From an uncultured Chloroflexia bacterium (GTDB lineage Bacteria; Chloroflexota; Limnocylindria; QHBO01): DNA of 64,000 nucleotides. Within the stretch, counting starts at the first letter, position 1. The number at the start of each line of letters is the position of its first letter. A program made the translations under genes and the position numbers. Shown here one piece after another: positions 41,196 to 51,992 of the stretch. The notes below the pieces were generated by a model. It did not search any database and was not told the DNA's origin. It saw only the letters and a list, made by a program, of their open reading frames with translations. The stretch covers positions 288,001-352,000 of the forward strand of contig CAWGTN010000002.1 in the NCBI GenBank assembly GCA_963825525.1, read 5' to 3'.

Positions 41196-41921
41196 ATGGG
41201 GTGGACCCGGAGGCTTGCCGCTGCGGTGCTGATGGCCGTGGTGCTCGCTGCCTGTCGAGCGATCGGGGGCGGATCTCAGCCGCCCGCCGCAAGCAGTGCA
41301 CCGGCCGCAGGGTCACCGGCGGCCGAGACCGAATCACTCTCGCCGTCCGAACTCCCTCCGGCCCTCGGCGTCGAGGCCCCTCCCGAGTGCGGCTTCCCCG
41401 AGGGGACGGCCCTCGAGTACGCCGGTCGCTCCACCACGGCTGCGCTCGGCGTGCAGGAGGTGGTCGGTGATCCGATGTCGGACGACCCGGCCGACATCTA
41501 CATCACCCGCGACCCGTTCGCGCAGGGCGAGCTCCATGGGCGCCTCGTGTGCGCGATCTTCGTGAACGACCCTCACTTCGTCGAGATCACCGTGCATCCG
41601 GCCGACGGCGGCCGATGGGTGCCACCGACGCCGGCGCCATCCATCCCGGAACCGCCCGGCGGGATCCCCGTGGCCGACGCCGTCGCTATCGCCCGGGACG
41701 CCGTTAACCAGGGCGACGCGTGGGCTGTCGTCTGGACGGAGGCAGGTCCGCTGGCGCAGTTGCTGTCGCCATGGCAGCCGGGGCCCGATTGGTCGGCAGG
41801 CCTACCGGCCGACCAGTGGGCATGGCGTGTCTTCCTCGTGCGCGGCGATGAGGGCGCGGAGATCTTCATCGACTACCTGGACGGAACCGTCCTGGGGACG
41901 ATGAGCTCCATCGTCAACTGA
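41196..41921 (+). CDS. Putative lipoprotein
   Basis: Basic-hydrophobic leader with lipobox LAAC; PepSY-like C-terminus (IFIDYLDGTV). Confidence 0.7.
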   Translation: MGWTRRLAAAVLMAVVLAACRAIGGGSQPPAASSAPAAGSPAAETESLSPSELPPALGVEAPPECGFPEGTALEYAGRSTTAALGVQEVVGDPMSDDPADIYITRDPFAQGELHGRLVCAIFVNDPHFVEITVHPADGGRWVPPTPAPSIPEPPGGIPVADAVAIARDAVNQGDAWAVVWTEAGPLAQLLSPWQPGPDWSAGLPADQWAWRVFLVRGDEGAEIFIDYLDGTVLGTMSSIVN

Positions 41922-42050
41922 GGGATCGCCGCTCAGGATGGCGCGTGGCGGCTCCCTATAATGGTCCCGCCCACTACACCGGCCACCAACCGCCCGAGGC
42001 GGACTCCATCGGCCTCGGCGACTCCGGCACCGCACGCGCAAGGAGCACCG

Positions 42051-44132
42051 ATGCAGCCGACCACCCCCGACAAGATCCGGAACGTCGCTCTTGTATCCCA
42101 CGGTGGCGCCGGCAAGACCAGCCTGGCCGAGGCGATGCTCTTCGATGCCGGCGCGATCCCTCGCCTCGGAAATGTCGAATCGGGAAGCACAGCGCTGGAC
42201 TGGGATCCCGACGAGCACAAGCGCGGCCAGAGCGTCAACCTGGCCATCGGGTCGCTCGAGCACGATGGCGTCCGAATCACCGTGGTGGACACGCCGGGCT
42301 ATGCCGACTTCCAGGCGGATGTGATCGAGGCATTGGCCGCAGTGGACGCGGTCATCGTGGTCATCGATGCCTCGGCGGGGGTCGAGGTGGGGACCGAGGA
42401 GGTTTGGCGGCTCGCCGATGAACGAAACCTGCCGCGCATGGTGTTCATCAACAAGATGGATCGCGAGAACGCCAACTACGACGCGACCCTCGATGCACTC
42501 AAGGCACGGTTCGGGCCGAAGATCGCGCCGGTCTACCTTCCGATCGGAGCAGCCGAAACGTTCCGCGGCTATGTCGATGTGATCGAGGAACACGCGAACG
42601 TCTACGAGAACGGCAAGCCGAAGGAGGTGCCGATCCCGCCCGAGCTCGAGGGCATCGAGCACTCCCGGCGCGACGCACTGGTCGAGGCCGCCGCCGAGGC
42701 GAGCGACGAGCTCATGGAGAAGTACCTCGAAGGCACGCCGTTCACGGATGCGGAGATCGAGGCGGCCCTTCACAAGGGCACGCGCGAGGGCTCGGTGGTA
42801 CCGGTATTCGTGGGATCGGCGACGAGGAACATCGGCGTGCGCGAGCTGACGACCATGATCGCCAAGCACGTCCCGTCACCCGCCGAGATCGGCTCGCGCC
42901 GAACGGTCGATGGTCGCGAGATCACACCTGATCCGGCAGGGCCCTTCGTGGCGCAGGTCTTCAAGGCCACGGCGGACCCGTTCGTCGGCCGACTCACGTA
43001 CTTCCGCGTCATCTCGGGGACCCTCAGCGGCCAGAGCCACGTCTACAACGCAAATCGACACGAGGAGGAGCGCGTCGGGAACCTGCTCGCCGTCCAGGGA
43101 AAGGACACCGAAAACCTGCCGAGGGTCGGGCCCGGGGACATCGCCGCGGTGGCGAAGCTCACCTCGACGACTGCGGGCGACACGCTCGTCGCCGATAAGG
43201 CGCATGCCGTCGAGCTGGCGAGCCTCGACTTCCCGGCTCCGTCGCTCCAGGTGTCCATCGAACCCGAGTCGAAGGCTGACCTCGACAAGCTGGGCCAGGC
43301 GCTGCATCGGCTGGCCGAGGAGGAGCCGTGCGTGGCCATCCGTCGGGAGGACGGCACAGGCGAGACGATCCTGACGGCCATGGGCGACGCCCACGTCGAC
43401 GTCATCGTCGATCGACTCAAGCGCAAGTTCGGCGCCGCGGTCACCACCGGCACGCCGCGCGTTCCCTACCGCGAGACCATCCGACAGCCGGCGCGCATCG
43501 AAAACCGATACAAGCGCCAGACCGGCGGCCATGGGCAGTACGGGCACGTGGTCATCGAGTTCGCGCCGGCCGAGATGGGCACCGGGTTCCAGTTCGGCGA
43601 CCGGATCGTCGGCGGCGTGGTGCCCAAGCAATACATTCCGGCGGTGGAGAAGGGGCTCAGAGAGGCGATGGCCGAGGGCGTGCTCGCGGGTTACCCGGTC
43701 GTCGACCTCCAGGCGACCCTCGTCGACGGCTCATATCACACCGTCGACTCGTCGGAGATGGCATTCAAGGTAGCGGCGTCACAGGCGCTCAAGAAGGCAT
43801 TCGACATGGCGTCGCCCGCGTTGTTGGAGCCGATTCTCGTGGTCGACGTGGTGGTCCCGGACGAGTTCATGGGTGACGTGATGGGCCAGATCACCTCCAA
43901 GCGCGGCCATGTCCTCGGCATGGACTCGATCGAGGGCATGCAGCACCTCAAGGCGCAGGTTCCCCAGGCAGAGATGTTCCACTACGCGACCGAGCTTCGA
44001 TCCATCACCCAGGGACGCGGGCGATTCAGCGCGACGGTCGATCATTACGCCGAGGTTCCGCACGCGATCGCCGATCGCGTCGTCGCCGAGGCGGCGAGCA
44101 ACGGCCATGGAGGCCCGGAGCGCGGGCACTGA
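42051..44132 (+). CDS. fusA: Elongation factor G paralog (EF-G2 type)
   Basis: SHGGAGKT, DTPGYADF, NKMDR, QTGGHGQYG and DSSEMAF. AAGGAG RBS; not in an rpsL-rpsG operon. Confidence 0.93.
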   Translation: MQPTTPDKIRNVALVSHGGAGKTSLAEAMLFDAGAIPRLGNVESGSTALDWDPDEHKRGQSVNLAIGSLEHDGVRITVVDTPGYADFQADVIEALAAVDAVIVVIDASAGVEVGTEEVWRLADERNLPRMVFINKMDRENANYDATLDALKARFGPKIAPVYLPIGAAETFRGYVDVIEEHANVYENGKPKEVPIPPELEGIEHSRRDALVEAAAEASDELMEKYLEGTPFTDAEIEAALHKGTREGSVVPVFVGSATRNIGVRELTTMIAKHVPSPAEIGSRRTVDGREITPDPAGPFVAQVFKATADPFVGRLTYFRVISGTLSGQSHVYNANRHEEERVGNLLAVQGKDTENLPRVGPGDIAAVAKLTSTTAGDTLVADKAHAVELASLDFPAPSLQVSIEPESKADLDKLGQALHRLAEEEPCVAIRREDGTGETILTAMGDAHVDVIVDRLKRKFGAAVTTGTPRVPYRETIRQPARIENRYKRQTGGHGQYGHVVIEFAPAEMGTGFQFGDRIVGGVVPKQYIPAVEKGLREAMAEGVLAGYPVVDLQATLVDGSYHTVDSSEMAFKVAASQALKKAFDMASPALLEPILVVDVVVPDEFMGDVMGQITSKRGHVLGMDSIEGMQHLKAQVPQAEMFHYATELRSITQGRGRFSATVDHYAEVPHAIADRVVAEAASNGHGGPERGH

Positions 44133-44143
44133 ACGTCGGGAAC

Positions 44144-45439
44144 CTACGCTGCGCCCTCGATCGCGACGACCGCGAGTGAGCGCTTTCCACGTCGCAGGAG
44201 TAGCCACCGTCCCGCGAGCATGTCTTCGCCGGTCGGCACGGCCGCCTCGTCGGTCACGCGGATGTTGTTGACGTAGGCGCCACCATCGGCAATCACCCGA
44301 CGGGCCTGCCCGCGGCTCGCTGCCAGTCCCGACTCGATCAGCAGATCCAGCACGGACGGGATGGCCTCGCCGACAGCCACCGTCGCGCGAGGGAGATCGG
44401 CGAATGCCGCCTCCAGGGTCGCCGCGTCGAGCGCCTGCAGGTCGCCCCCTCCGAACAGGGCCTCGGAGGCCTCGACGGCGGCACGCGTCGCATCGGCTCC
44501 ATGCACGAGCTCCGTCACCTCGACAGCAAGGGCTCGCTGAGCCGACCGCTGCTCCGGGTGCTCGCTCGACGCCGTCTCCAGTGCCTCGATCTCGTCGCGT
44601 GAGCGGAAGCTGAACACGCGCAGGTACGTGCCGACGACCGAGTCGTCGACATTGAGGAACCACTGGTAGAACGCGAAGGGGGCCGTTCGGTCCGGATCCA
44701 GCCACAGCGTGGATCCCTCGCTCTTCCCGAACTTCTGTCCATCGGGACGCGTGATGAGTGGCGTCGCCAGGGCGTGAGCCGTCACGCCCTCCACGCGACG
44801 AATGAGGTCCACGCCGGCGGTCAGGTTGCCCCACTGGTCACTGCCGCCAAGCTGCAGCGTGCATCCGTGGCGGCGGTACAGCTCCAGGTAGTCGACCGCC
44901 TGCATGATCTGGTAGCTGAACTCGGTGTAGCTGATGCCACCGGCCTCGAGTCGTGCACTGACCGCCTCCTTGGCCAACATCCGGCTGACGCTGAAGTGCT
45001 TGCCGATGTCGCGCAGCCAATCGATGGCGGACATCTGGGCGGTCCAGTCAAGGTTGTTCACGATCATTGCCGCATTCGACCCGGAAAAGTCGAGATAGCG
45101 CTCCACCTGGGACCGGATCCGATCGACCCAACCCTCGATGACCTGCGGGTCGTTGAGGGTCCGTTCGCTGCTTCGACCACTCGGATCACCCACCAGACCC
45201 GTCGCACCGCCGACGAGGCCGATGGGCCGGTGGCCCGCCTGCTGGAGGCGACGCATGGTCACGAGCAGGACGAGATTGCCGAAGTGAAGGCTGGGGGCGG
45301 TCGGGTCGAACCCGCCGTAGAACGTGACCGGGCCGTCCGACAGCGCCGTGCGCAGGTCATCCTGGTCGGTGTGGTCGGCAATCATGCGCCGCCACTCGAG
45401 ATCATCGAGCACGGCGGAGCGGGTCGTGGGCGTCGTCAT
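44144..45439 (-). CDS. tyrS: Tyrosine--tRNA ligase
   Basis: GFDPTAPSLHFGN, QLGGSDQWGN, KFGKS and an S4-like tail. Confidence 0.97.
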   Translation of the reverse strand: MTTPTTRSAVLDDLEWRRMIADHTDQDDLRTALSDGPVTFYGGFDPTAPSLHFGNLVLLVTMRRLQQAGHRPIGLVGGATGLVGDPSGRSSERTLNDPQVIEGWVDRIRSQVERYLDFSGSNAAMIVNNLDWTAQMSAIDWLRDIGKHFSVSRMLAKEAVSARLEAGGISYTEFSYQIMQAVDYLELYRRHGCTLQLGGSDQWGNLTAGVDLIRRVEGVTAHALATPLITRPDGQKFGKSEGSTLWLDPDRTAPFAFYQWFLNVDDSVVGTYLRVFSFRSRDEIEALETASSEHPEQRSAQRALAVEVTELVHGADATRAAVEASEALFGGGDLQALDAATLEAAFADLPRATVAVGEAIPSVLDLLIESGLAASRGQARRVIADGGAYVNNIRVTDEAAVPTGEDMLAGRWLLLRRGKRSLAVVAIEGAA

Positions 45440-45545
45440 CGGAGGCTGAGTATAGATACCGGCCGACACCGAATGAGATGCGCGGGTGAAGCAAACCCGG
45501 GCCACCGCGCGTCAGGATGGAGTGTCCGTGCTACCCTGCCGCCCG

Positions 45546-48311
45546 ATGACCCGAAGACCACCGCCGGGTCGGCGATCCGCGCAAGGGCGCGGTCCACGGA
45601 ACGCCACAGGGCGTCGCCGAGCCGGCTCCCCCACCATCCCGCGACTGATTCTCGGCGTATTCGCGCTCCTCGCCGCCGGGCTCTTCATCCTCATCCTGAG
45701 CGTCTACACGTCGTTCACCAGTGGGCTGCCGGACGTCGCCGGCATCGAGAACTTCGACCTCGACGAAGGTTCGACCGTCGTCTCGGCGGACGGGACGCAG
45801 TTGGCGACGTTCGCGGTCGAGGATCGGCGCGAGATCGACTTCGCCGACATGCCGGAGGTGATGCTCGAGGCTCAGGTGGCCGCGGAGGACCAGACGTTCT
45901 GGACGAACCCCTGCGTGGACTTCCGCAGCATCGTGCGAGCCGTCCTGCAGAACTTCCAGGCCGGTGAGACCGTGTCCGGAGCATCGACCATCTGCCAACA
46001 GCTCGTGCGCATGCGCCTGTTCGACGCCGAGCTCATGGCCGATCCCGAGCGGCAGGTCGAGCGAAAGATCAAGGAGGCCATCCTCGCCCTGCGTCTCGAC
46101 GATCGCTACCCGGGGACCGACGGCAAGCAGCGCATCATCGAGATGTATCTCAACCAGGTCTACTACGGGAATAACGCGTATGGGATCTGGGCCGCCGCCG
46201 ATTCCTACTTCGGCAAGGACCTGACATCGGACGCGGCCGACCAGCAGCTCTCGATCAGCGAGGCGGCCATGCTTGCTGGCCTCGTCCGAGCGCCGTCTCG
46301 GCTCGATCCTTCGCCGGAAGCGGTCGAACGCGACATCGGAGGTGAGCGCGTCCTGGTGGTTCCCGAAACGTCGCAGGCGATCACCGTCCGCGACTTCGTC
46401 CTTGACCAGATGCTGGAGTCCGACTTCATCAGCCGCGAGGAGCATGACGCGGCCGTCGCCGAGACCATCGTGCTGGCGCCGCCCAGCGACAACGCCTACC
46501 TGGCCCCGCACTTCGTGTTCGCCGTTCGCCGCGAGGCCGGCCAGCTGCTCGAGGGCGAGGAGCTCCTGGACACCGGTGGGCTGCGGATCGTGACCACGCT
46601 CGACTACGAGGGTTACCAGACCACCGCCGAGAAGTGGGCCGAGATCGGCTACGACATGGACCGGCTGTCCGACGACGAGCTCATCGCGAAATATGGGGAT
46701 GAAGCCCTTTCGTGGATCGGGCAGCTCCAGGGTCGCAACATCAACAACGATGCGCTGGTGTCGATCAACTATCGAACGGGCGCCGTCCTGGCCTACGTCG
46801 GAAGCGCGAGCTTCTTCGGCGAGTCAACTCCGGAGCACCAGGCGAACTTCGACGTCATCGGCCAGGCCTTCCGCCAGTCCGGATCCGCATTCAAACCGAT
46901 CACGTACGCCGCCGGCTTCGAATCGAATGCCATCACCCCGTCGAGCATGTTCATGGACGTCGAGGGCGAGATCGTCGACGGATACAGCGTGCCGAACGCC
47001 GACGGACGGGAACGCGGCCCCGTTCGGGTGCGCGACGCCCTGAAGTACTCGCTGAACATCCCGGTCGTGAAGGCGCAGCAACTGATCGGGACCGACAACG
47101 TCGTCAACCTGGCCGAACGGCTTGGGCTCGAGTGGGATCCGCGCCAGGAGAACGAGGTGGCCGTCCCATCGCTGACCCTCGGAACCATCGGTGTCCACAT
47201 GCTCGATCTCGCCGGCGCGTACGGTGCCCTCGCCAACGGCGGCGAGTTCCATCCCCCGTACCTCATCGAGCGGATCGAGGACTCGCGGGGCAACATCATC
47301 TACGACCACGCCACCGATGCCCCCGACGCCGAGCAGGTCCTCTCGGCGGCGTCGGCCCACCTCGTGACGGACATCCTCGCCGATAACACCGACCCGCAGG
47401 CCAACCCGCTGTGGGGGCCGCGCTTCCAGCTCCAGACCCCGGAGGGCAGGCGGCCGGCAACGCTGAAGACAGGCACGACGAACGACTTCCGAGACCTCCA
47501 GGCGGTCGGCTACCTGGCGCCCGATCCGGACCCAACGGTCAGCGAGGGGGCGATCGTGACCGGGGTGTGGGTCGGGAACAGCGACTTCTCGCCGATCGAG
47601 GACGTGTTCGCCGCCGATGGGCCGACCTTCATCTGGCACGACTACATGGCCGAAGTGGCCGCCCTGAACGAGCTTCCCATCCGGGACTTCACGCGTCCCG
47701 ACGGCGTGGTCGAAGTCACGGTCGATGCCATCAGCGGCATGTTGCCCGGCGACTTCACCGAATCCACGGTAAACGAGCTGTTCCGATCCGATCGGCAGCC
47801 GGGCGAGCGTGATACCACGCACCGCGAGCTGCGCATCGAGGTGGTCACCGGAAAGATCTGGCAGGAGGGCTGCGGCGACTTCGCGACCGAGGCCCCGTCG
47901 TCATCGCCCGACCCCTCGGATGAGCCTCCCCCGCCGCAGGCAGAGGAGCGCGTCTTCCTGGACATCAACGAGTGGGAGGCCGACCGTCCGACGTGGGAGG
48001 CGGCCAACCGGGCGTGGATCGAGCTCTGGACCGACCGCGAGGACGAGCTGAACGCCAATGTCCGGCGTCCGTTCCCCGGCCCGGTGGACGCCCCGTTTGC
48101 GCCGACGGAAGAGTGCACCCCGGGGGAGATCCCGACTTCAAGCCCCACCCCGTCGCCGTCTCCGAGCCCATCGCCGTCGCCGTCGCCCAGTCTGACGCCG
48201 ACCCCGACGATCCTGCCCACGGAGACGCCGATCCCGGAGCCGACGCCGACCGTTCCGCTGCCGACCGTCACGCCATCTCCCACGCCCACGGCGACGGCAC
48301 CGGCACCCTAG
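45546..48311 (+). CDS. Class A penicillin-binding protein (transglycosylase-transpeptidase) with Pro/Ser/Thr tail
   Basis: AAEDQTF, GASTICQQL, RKIKEA, YLNQVYYG, SAFK (SxxK), SLN and KTGTT. Confidence 0.92.
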   Translation: MTRRPPPGRRSAQGRGPRNATGRRRAGSPTIPRLILGVFALLAAGLFILILSVYTSFTSGLPDVAGIENFDLDEGSTVVSADGTQLATFAVEDRREIDFADMPEVMLEAQVAAEDQTFWTNPCVDFRSIVRAVLQNFQAGETVSGASTICQQLVRMRLFDAELMADPERQVERKIKEAILALRLDDRYPGTDGKQRIIEMYLNQVYYGNNAYGIWAAADSYFGKDLTSDAADQQLSISEAAMLAGLVRAPSRLDPSPEAVERDIGGERVLVVPETSQAITVRDFVLDQMLESDFISREEHDAAVAETIVLAPPSDNAYLAPHFVFAVRREAGQLLEGEELLDTGGLRIVTTLDYEGYQTTAEKWAEIGYDMDRLSDDELIAKYGDEALSWIGQLQGRNINNDALVSINYRTGAVLAYVGSASFFGESTPEHQANFDVIGQAFRQSGSAFKPITYAAGFESNAITPSSMFMDVEGEIVDGYSVPNADGRERGPVRVRDALKYSLNIPVVKAQQLIGTDNVVNLAERLGLEWDPRQENEVAVPSLTLGTIGVHMLDLAGAYGALANGGEFHPPYLIERIEDSRGNIIYDHATDAPDAEQVLSAASAHLVTDILADNTDPQANPLWGPRFQLQTPEGRRPATLKTGTTNDFRDLQAVGYLAPDPDPTVSEGAIVTGVWVGNSDFSPIEDVFAADGPTFIWHDYMAEVAALNELPIRDFTRPDGVVEVTVDAISGMLPGDFTESTVNELFRSDRQPGERDTTHRELRIEVVTGKIWQEGCGDFATEAPSSSPDPSDEPPPPQAEERVFLDINEWEADRPTWEAANRAWIELWTDREDELNANVRRPFPGPVDAPFAPTEECTPGEIPTSSPTPSPSPSPSPSPSPSLTPTPTILPTETPIPEPTPTVPLPTVTPSPTPTATAPAP
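48140..48308 (+). repeat. Low-complexity (SP/TP)n coding repeat
   Basis: Encodes SSPTPSPSPSPSPSPSPSLTPTPT... at the PBP C-terminus. Confidence 0.7.
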
Positions 48312-48327
48312 GGCCGGTGCTCGCCCC

Positions 48328-50751
48328 CTAGAACTCGGCGACGGTTGCCCCGTCGCCGCCCTCATCCTTCCGGCCGCCACGCACCGAGCGAACTCGCGGG
48401 TGCTGCGCCAGGGTCTCTCGAACCGCCCGCCGCAGGGCGCCGGTGCCGATGCCATGGACGATCACCGCTTCGTCGAGCCCTGCCAGCAGTGCCTCATCAA
48501 GGTAGGAGTGGAGCCGCTCGAGGGCAGCCTCCACTCGTTCTCCGTGGAGGTCGAGCCGTGGTGCCACGCGCTCGGCGGCCCGACGTCGGATCTCATCCGC
48601 GGCAAGGTCCCGCGGGGCCGGGCCGGCGATCGGCTCGGGAACGATCTCGACGTCGTCGGATGGCACGACGAGTCGCGCACCATCGGTCTCGAGCGTGACC
48701 CGACCGGTCCGACCACTGATCTCCTGGATCCGCCCGGTCGTGCCGAGCGTCCGCGATCGCGCCCACAGGCCCACGCGCGGCTGCGGCCCGGCAGCGGCCA
48801 CGGATTCGTCGTCGTCCGCCGCGTCCGCCGCCTCGGGAGCGATGATGTCGGTGGCCTCGTTCCTGACCTCTCTCGCACGCGCGGCCAGCTCGTCGAGATC
48901 CGCAGCGCTGCGGGTGGGCTGGGTGGATCGCATGTTCCGTTGCCGGAGCACCTCACGCCGCAGATCAGCGACCTCCCGCTCCGCACGAGCGAGCATGTCA
49001 TCGGCGGCTCGGCGCGCGTCAGCCAGCAGCTGCCCTGCTTCCCGTCGCGCGCGCTCGACTCCCGTCCGCGCCCTGCTGCGCTCATCGGAGGCCGCGGATC
49101 GCTCGGACTGGGCGGCATCCAGGGCACGTTGCTGCGCTTCCTGCGCACGCGTGATGGCCGCCAGCGTCTCTTCCATGCTGGCGTGCTCGGTCGAGATCCG
49201 ATCCCGAGCGTCCGCCAGGATGTCGGCAGGCAGGCCAAGCCGCTCGGCGATGGCGAAGGCCTGGCTCTTTCCCGGCAGCCCGATGGTCAGGTGATACGTG
49301 GGCCGCAGTGTCGCGACGTCGAACTCGACCGCGGCGTTCGTGACCTCCGCGTGCTCTGTGGCGAAGGTTTTGAGCTCGGCGTAATGCGTTGTGGCAGCGA
49401 CCATGGCCCCGGCATCCAGCAGGCGGGTCACGATCGCCATGGCCAGGGCGGAGCCCTCGGTGGGGTCGGTGCCCGCGCCGACTTCGTCGAGCAGGACCAG
49501 CGTTCCCGGCCTGGCGGCAGCCACGAAGCGCACCACGTTGCGGAGGTGACTCGAGAATGTCGAGAGCGACTGCGCGATGCTCTGCTCGTCGCCGATGTCC
49601 GCCATGACGCGACTGAAGACCGGCAGCCGGGCGCCCTCCGCCGCCGGAACGCGCAGGCCCGACTGATGCATGAGCGACAGCAGGCCGAGCGTCTTGAGTG
49701 AAACGGTCTTGCCGCCGGTGTTCGGCCCAGTCACCACCAGTGCCCGATACCCGAAACGGTCACCGAGACGGAGGTCGACCGGAACCGCTCCCGCCCCCAG
49801 CAGCGGATGGCGGGCCGACAGCAGCTCCGCCGCATCGTCCGCGATGGCCGGACGAACCGCATTCATGGCGTCGGACAGCCGCGCACGGGCCATCCACAGG
49901 TCAGCCCGTGCCAGGGCCCTGATGCTCGCCGTCAGCGAGGTCGCCCGTGCCTCCACGGCCGCGCTGAGCTCGTCGAGGATGCGCTCCTCCTCGCGTCCGG
50001 CCGCGAGTGAGGCCTCGGTCCACGCGTTGTTGAGGTCGACCACGCTCAGCGGCTCGATGAACAGGGTCGCGCCCGATGCGCTCTGGTCATGGACGATGCC
50101 CTTGACCCGACCCTTCGCCTCGGCTCGGATCGGAATCACGTAGCGCCCCGAGCGAACCGTGACGATCGGCTCTCCGATGAGCCCGGCGAGCTGGCTGGAC
50201 CGCAACATCGCATTCAGGCGCTCGCGGACGCGCTCCTGCGTCGTGCGCTGCCGCTTACGCAGGGCCGCGAGCTCGGCCGAGGCAGAGTCAAGGATCTCAC
50301 CGGCCTCGTCAACGCTGCGGCCGATGCTCTGGGCGAGCTCCGGCGCGGCGTCGAGATCGTCGCGCAGGGTCCCGAGCTGCGGCCCTTTCCAGGACACCAG
50401 GCGCGCGGCGAATCGACCCGTCGCGTCGAGCGTGACGCCGATGTCGAGCAGCTCCTGTGGCGTCAGGCGCCCGCCCCGCACCGCGCGGTCGAGCGATGCC
50501 CTGATGTCACGCGCGCCGCCGATCGATGCCTGGGCCTGGTCGTGGAGGAGGCTTCCCGCCTCCTCGGTCTGGTCGTGGAGCAGCGCGACGTGGGCTGCGT
50601 CGCCGCTCGGGCCGGTATCGAGCGCCAGCTCGCGCGCAGGCTCGAACGCGGTGAGCGCCGCGAGTTGCTCGACGACTGCCGAGAACTCGAGGGCCCGCAG
50701 CGTGCCCTCGTCGGCCGCTGCGCCGCCTGGTGCGTCAGCCACGCGAGACAT
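48328..50751 (-). CDS. mutS2: MutS2 endonuclease / ribosome collision factor
   Basis: HDQSASGATLFIEP, GPNTGGKT, QSLSTFSSH, DEVGAGTDP and Smr domain LDLHG...HGIGTG. Confidence 0.95.
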   Translation of the reverse strand: MSRVADAPGGAAADEGTLRALEFSAVVEQLAALTAFEPARELALDTGPSGDAAHVALLHDQTEEAGSLLHDQAQASIGGARDIRASLDRAVRGGRLTPQELLDIGVTLDATGRFAARLVSWKGPQLGTLRDDLDAAPELAQSIGRSVDEAGEILDSASAELAALRKRQRTTQERVRERLNAMLRSSQLAGLIGEPIVTVRSGRYVIPIRAEAKGRVKGIVHDQSASGATLFIEPLSVVDLNNAWTEASLAAGREEERILDELSAAVEARATSLTASIRALARADLWMARARLSDAMNAVRPAIADDAAELLSARHPLLGAGAVPVDLRLGDRFGYRALVVTGPNTGGKTVSLKTLGLLSLMHQSGLRVPAAEGARLPVFSRVMADIGDEQSIAQSLSTFSSHLRNVVRFVAAARPGTLVLLDEVGAGTDPTEGSALAMAIVTRLLDAGAMVAATTHYAELKTFATEHAEVTNAAVEFDVATLRPTYHLTIGLPGKSQAFAIAERLGLPADILADARDRISTEHASMEETLAAITRAQEAQQRALDAAQSERSAASDERSRARTGVERARREAGQLLADARRAADDMLARAEREVADLRREVLRQRNMRSTQPTRSAADLDELAARAREVRNEATDIIAPEAADAADDDESVAAAGPQPRVGLWARSRTLGTTGRIQEISGRTGRVTLETDGARLVVPSDDVEIVPEPIAGPAPRDLAADEIRRRAAERVAPRLDLHGERVEAALERLHSYLDEALLAGLDEAVIVHGIGTGALRRAVRETLAQHPRVRSVRGGRKDEGGDGATVAEF

Positions 50752-51331
50752 GTGGGTCCTGCGAGATCCAGAACCGCATGGCGCGATCCGCCCATGCGCC
50801 CGCGTACGCCACGCCGATCCGAGTTCCGCGCTCGATGACCGGAGCCGGACCATCCCGCGGTTCGATGCGCAACGGTCCATCGACAAGGTCCACGCCATCC
50901 AGGCGGCGGTCGATGCCAAGCGCGCTGCCCACGTTGCCGGGCCCCGATGCCAGGCGCTCATCGGCAGCGCGTTCGCCGCGCCGCTCGCGGGCCACGCCGA
51001 CGCCCTGGTCGAGATGCATGGCCCGAATGAGCACCGCCTCTGGCTTCAAACCCGGTCCACAGACCACATTGATGCAGTGGTGAAGCCCGTAGACCAGGTA
51101 CACGTAGAGATGGCCCGGCGGTCCGAACATGACACGCGTACGGGGCGTCTGTCCCCGAGACGAGTGAGCGGCGAGATCCTCCGGTCCGGCGTAGGCCTCC
51201 ACCTCGACGATGCGGCCACCGACCTCACCGTGGACCAGGCGCGCGCCGAGGAGGTCCCGAGCAACCTCGACCGCCGGCCTGTCGAACCACGCCCGCGACG
51301 CGATCGCGCGGTCGGCCGGCGCCACCATCAC
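50735..51331 (-). CDS. mpg: 3-methyladenine DNA glycosylase (AAG/MPG family)
   Basis: IVEVEAY, YVYLVYGLH, AVLIRA, GPG and RIGV. Confidence 0.93.
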   Translation of the reverse strand: MMVAPADRAIASRAWFDRPAVEVARDLLGARLVHGEVGGRIVEVEAYAGPEDLAAHSSRGQTPRTRVMFGPPGHLYVYLVYGLHHCINVVCGPGLKPEAVLIRAMHLDQGVGVARERRGERAADERLASGPGNVGSALGIDRRLDGVDLVDGPLRIEPRDGPAPVIERGTRIGVAYAGAWADRAMRFWISQDPHVSRG

Positions 51332-51882
51332 CGCACGAGGAGATCGGCGATCTCCTGCGGGACGAAGGGCTTGGCCAGGAATCCGGCCGTCGGGATCAGC
51401 GTGTCACGGAAGAACTGGATGAGGACGGAGTCGTTCAGCGCGTCGTAGTAGGACGCGACCCAGCCACCTGTCTCACCGCCGGCGCGGAAGAAGCTGTCGA
51501 AGACCAGGAGCTGGAAGGTCAGCACAAGCGCGGCAAACAGGAGCCCGAAGATCGCGCCGCCGATCTCGTCGAGCTGACGGACGATCGGCAACCGCGTTCG
51601 GCGGTACATGGCCCGAATGGCGAAGAACCCCGCCAATACCAGGCCGAAGAAGAGCAGGACGAAGATGAGAAGCTCGCGGCCCTCCGGCGTGAATGCCTGC
51701 CAGAAGCGGGTGAGCTCGACGATCGGCTCTTTGAGCTGGGACGCCACGACGAATGCCACGATGACGGCGACGGCGTTGAGGACGTAGCGAATCATCCCCT
51801 GGGTGAACCCGGCGAACACGCCTCCCGCCAGGATCAGGATGATCACCAGGTCGAACCAGCTCAGCCGCGCAAGCAGCTCCAC
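51328..51882 (-). CDS. CvpA family membrane protein
   Basis: WFDLVII...GFTQGMI...LDEIGGAIFG; usual neighbour of mutS2 and pheT. Confidence 0.85.
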   Translation of the reverse strand: MELLARLSWFDLVIILILAGGVFAGFTQGMIRYVLNAVAVIVAFVVASQLKEPIVELTRFWQAFTPEGRELLIFVLLFFGLVLAGFFAIRAMYRRTRLPIVRQLDEIGGAIFGLLFAALVLTFQLLVFDSFFRAGGETGGWVASYYDALNDSVLIQFFRDTLIPTAGFLAKPFVPQEIADLLVR

Positions 51883-51992
51883 GAGTCGATACCCTCCGTG
51901 CGCCGATTGGGCCGAGCGCGTCCATGTCCGGCTCGGGCGGCCGCAAGGGTACCAGTCACCCGTTCACGGCGACAAGGTCCCCGGGCCGCGCC

